From contig OZ242214.1 in assembly GCA_965206595.1 (NCBI GenBank), positions 992,001 to 1,056,000 of the forward strand: a stretch of DNA of 64,000 nt. The letters run 5' to 3'. This document shows positions 63,117-64,000 of this stretch, one piece after another (the stretch's first letter is position 1; each line of letters starts with the position of its first letter). Below the pieces are notes generated by a model, which saw only the letters and a program-made list of their open reading frames with translations, searched no databases and had not been told where the DNA came from. Made by a program: the position numbers and the translations under genes. This stretch comes from Candidatus Latescibacterota bacterium. Its GTDB lineage: Bacteria > Latescibacterota > UBA2968 > UBA8231.

Positions 63117-64000
63117 ATGATTCCCAGAGAATGCAAGCGACTCGCCGAGGTGGACTTTCCCATTGCCGAGGTTTCCAGGCACGCGGCGAGGGAGAAGTCC
63201 ATTCGGCACGGACATCCGAGCACGCTGCACCTGTGGTGGGCGCGGCGGCCGTTGGCCTCGTCGCGGGCGGTGTTGCTGGCGCTGTTGCTGCCGGATCCTT
63301 GCGACCCGAAATGCCCCGTGGCGTTCAAGCGGCAGGCACGGGAGATCCTGCGGGAGGTGCGACAGCCGCCGGTGGATGACGCAGACCTGCGCAAGGCGTT
63401 GCTCTGGTTCATCGCCAACTTCGCAAACTGGGACATGGCGGCGCATCCGGTCTATCTGCGGGTGGGGCGCAACCTGGTGAAGGCGGCGCACGGCGAGGAG
63501 ACGCCCCTCGTGGTGGACCCGTTTGCGGGCGGAGGCTCAATTCCGCTGGAGGCGTTGCGGCTGGGCTGCGAGGCGTTCGCCAGCGATCTGAATCCGGTGG
63601 CGTGCCTGATTCTCAAGGTGATGCTGGAGGACATCCCGCGGCACGGGGCCGGGCTGCCCGAGGAACTGCGCCGGGTCGGCGGCGAAATCAAGCGGCAGGC
63701 GGAGCAGGAGCTGGCCGATCTGTATCCCAAGGACCCGGACGGGGCGACGCCGATTGCCTATTTGTGGGCGCGCACGGTGCGCTGCGAAGCGCCCAACTGC
63801 GGCGCGGAGATTCCGCTGATGCGTTCGTTCTGGCTGTGCAAGAAGGCCAAGCGCAAGCGGGCATTGCGGCATCGAGTCGAGCGGTGCGAAGGGGAGCCAC
63901 CGAGCGTCGAGTTTGAGGTGTTCGAGCCGGAGGCGGATAGAGAGGTGCACGGCGGCACGGTGACGCGAGCGCGAGCGACTTGTCTGTGCTGTGGCGCAGT
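63117..64000 (+). CDS. DUF1156 adenine-specific DNA methylase, 5' part
   Basis: Manual translation MIPRECKRLAEVDFP..HLWWARRPLA..DPFAGGGSIPLEA..SDLNPVA..YLWARTVRC; open to window end. Confidence 0.9.
   Translation, partial: MIPRECKRLAEVDFPIAEVSRHAAREKSIRHGHPSTLHLWWARRPLASSRAVLLALLLPDPCDPKCPVAFKRQAREILREVRQPPVDDADLRKALLWFIANFANWDMAAHPVYLRVGRNLVKAAHGEETPLVVDPFAGGGSIPLEALRLGCEAFASDLNPVACLILKVMLEDIPRHGAGLPEELRRVGGEIKRQAEQELADLYPKDPDGATPIAYLWARTVRCEAPNCGAEIPLMRSFWLCKKAKRKRALRHRVERCEGEPPSVEFEVFEPEADREVHGGTVTRARATCLCCGA

Overview
High-GC bacterial chromosome segment. The expanded UxuA, PhyH, Gfo/Idh/MocA and SGNH families, a secreted ankyrin protein and a WD40 protein with an FlgD-type C-terminus resemble Latescibacterota/Poribacteria-like sponge symbionts (inference). 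About 1-44 kb is mostly catabolic genes, interrupted by five IS elements or remnants (two ISKra4, ISL3, IS1380, IS701-like). Two of them split one ~1654-aa secreted metalloprotease-WD40 gene that can be restored exactly in frame from the target-site duplications. The most unusual feature is a ~9.6-kb lower-GC integrated element (44182-53793) bounded by 22/25-bp direct repeats. It encodes an HK97-type head module (TerL, HNH, capsid, double-domain prohead protease, two head-tail proteins, portal), one tail-completion-type gene between two inverted palindromes, and a Cre-like recombinase. No tail, lysis, TerS or replication genes are recognisable, so it is a candidate minimal capsid-forming satellite. 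The window ends in a defence island (SNF2-DUF3883 helicase ... DUF1156 methylase) with GmrSD-AlbA_2 and HEPN genes in between. Several 1-nt frameshifts may be sequencing errors. All family calls come from motif recognition by eye; no searches were run.
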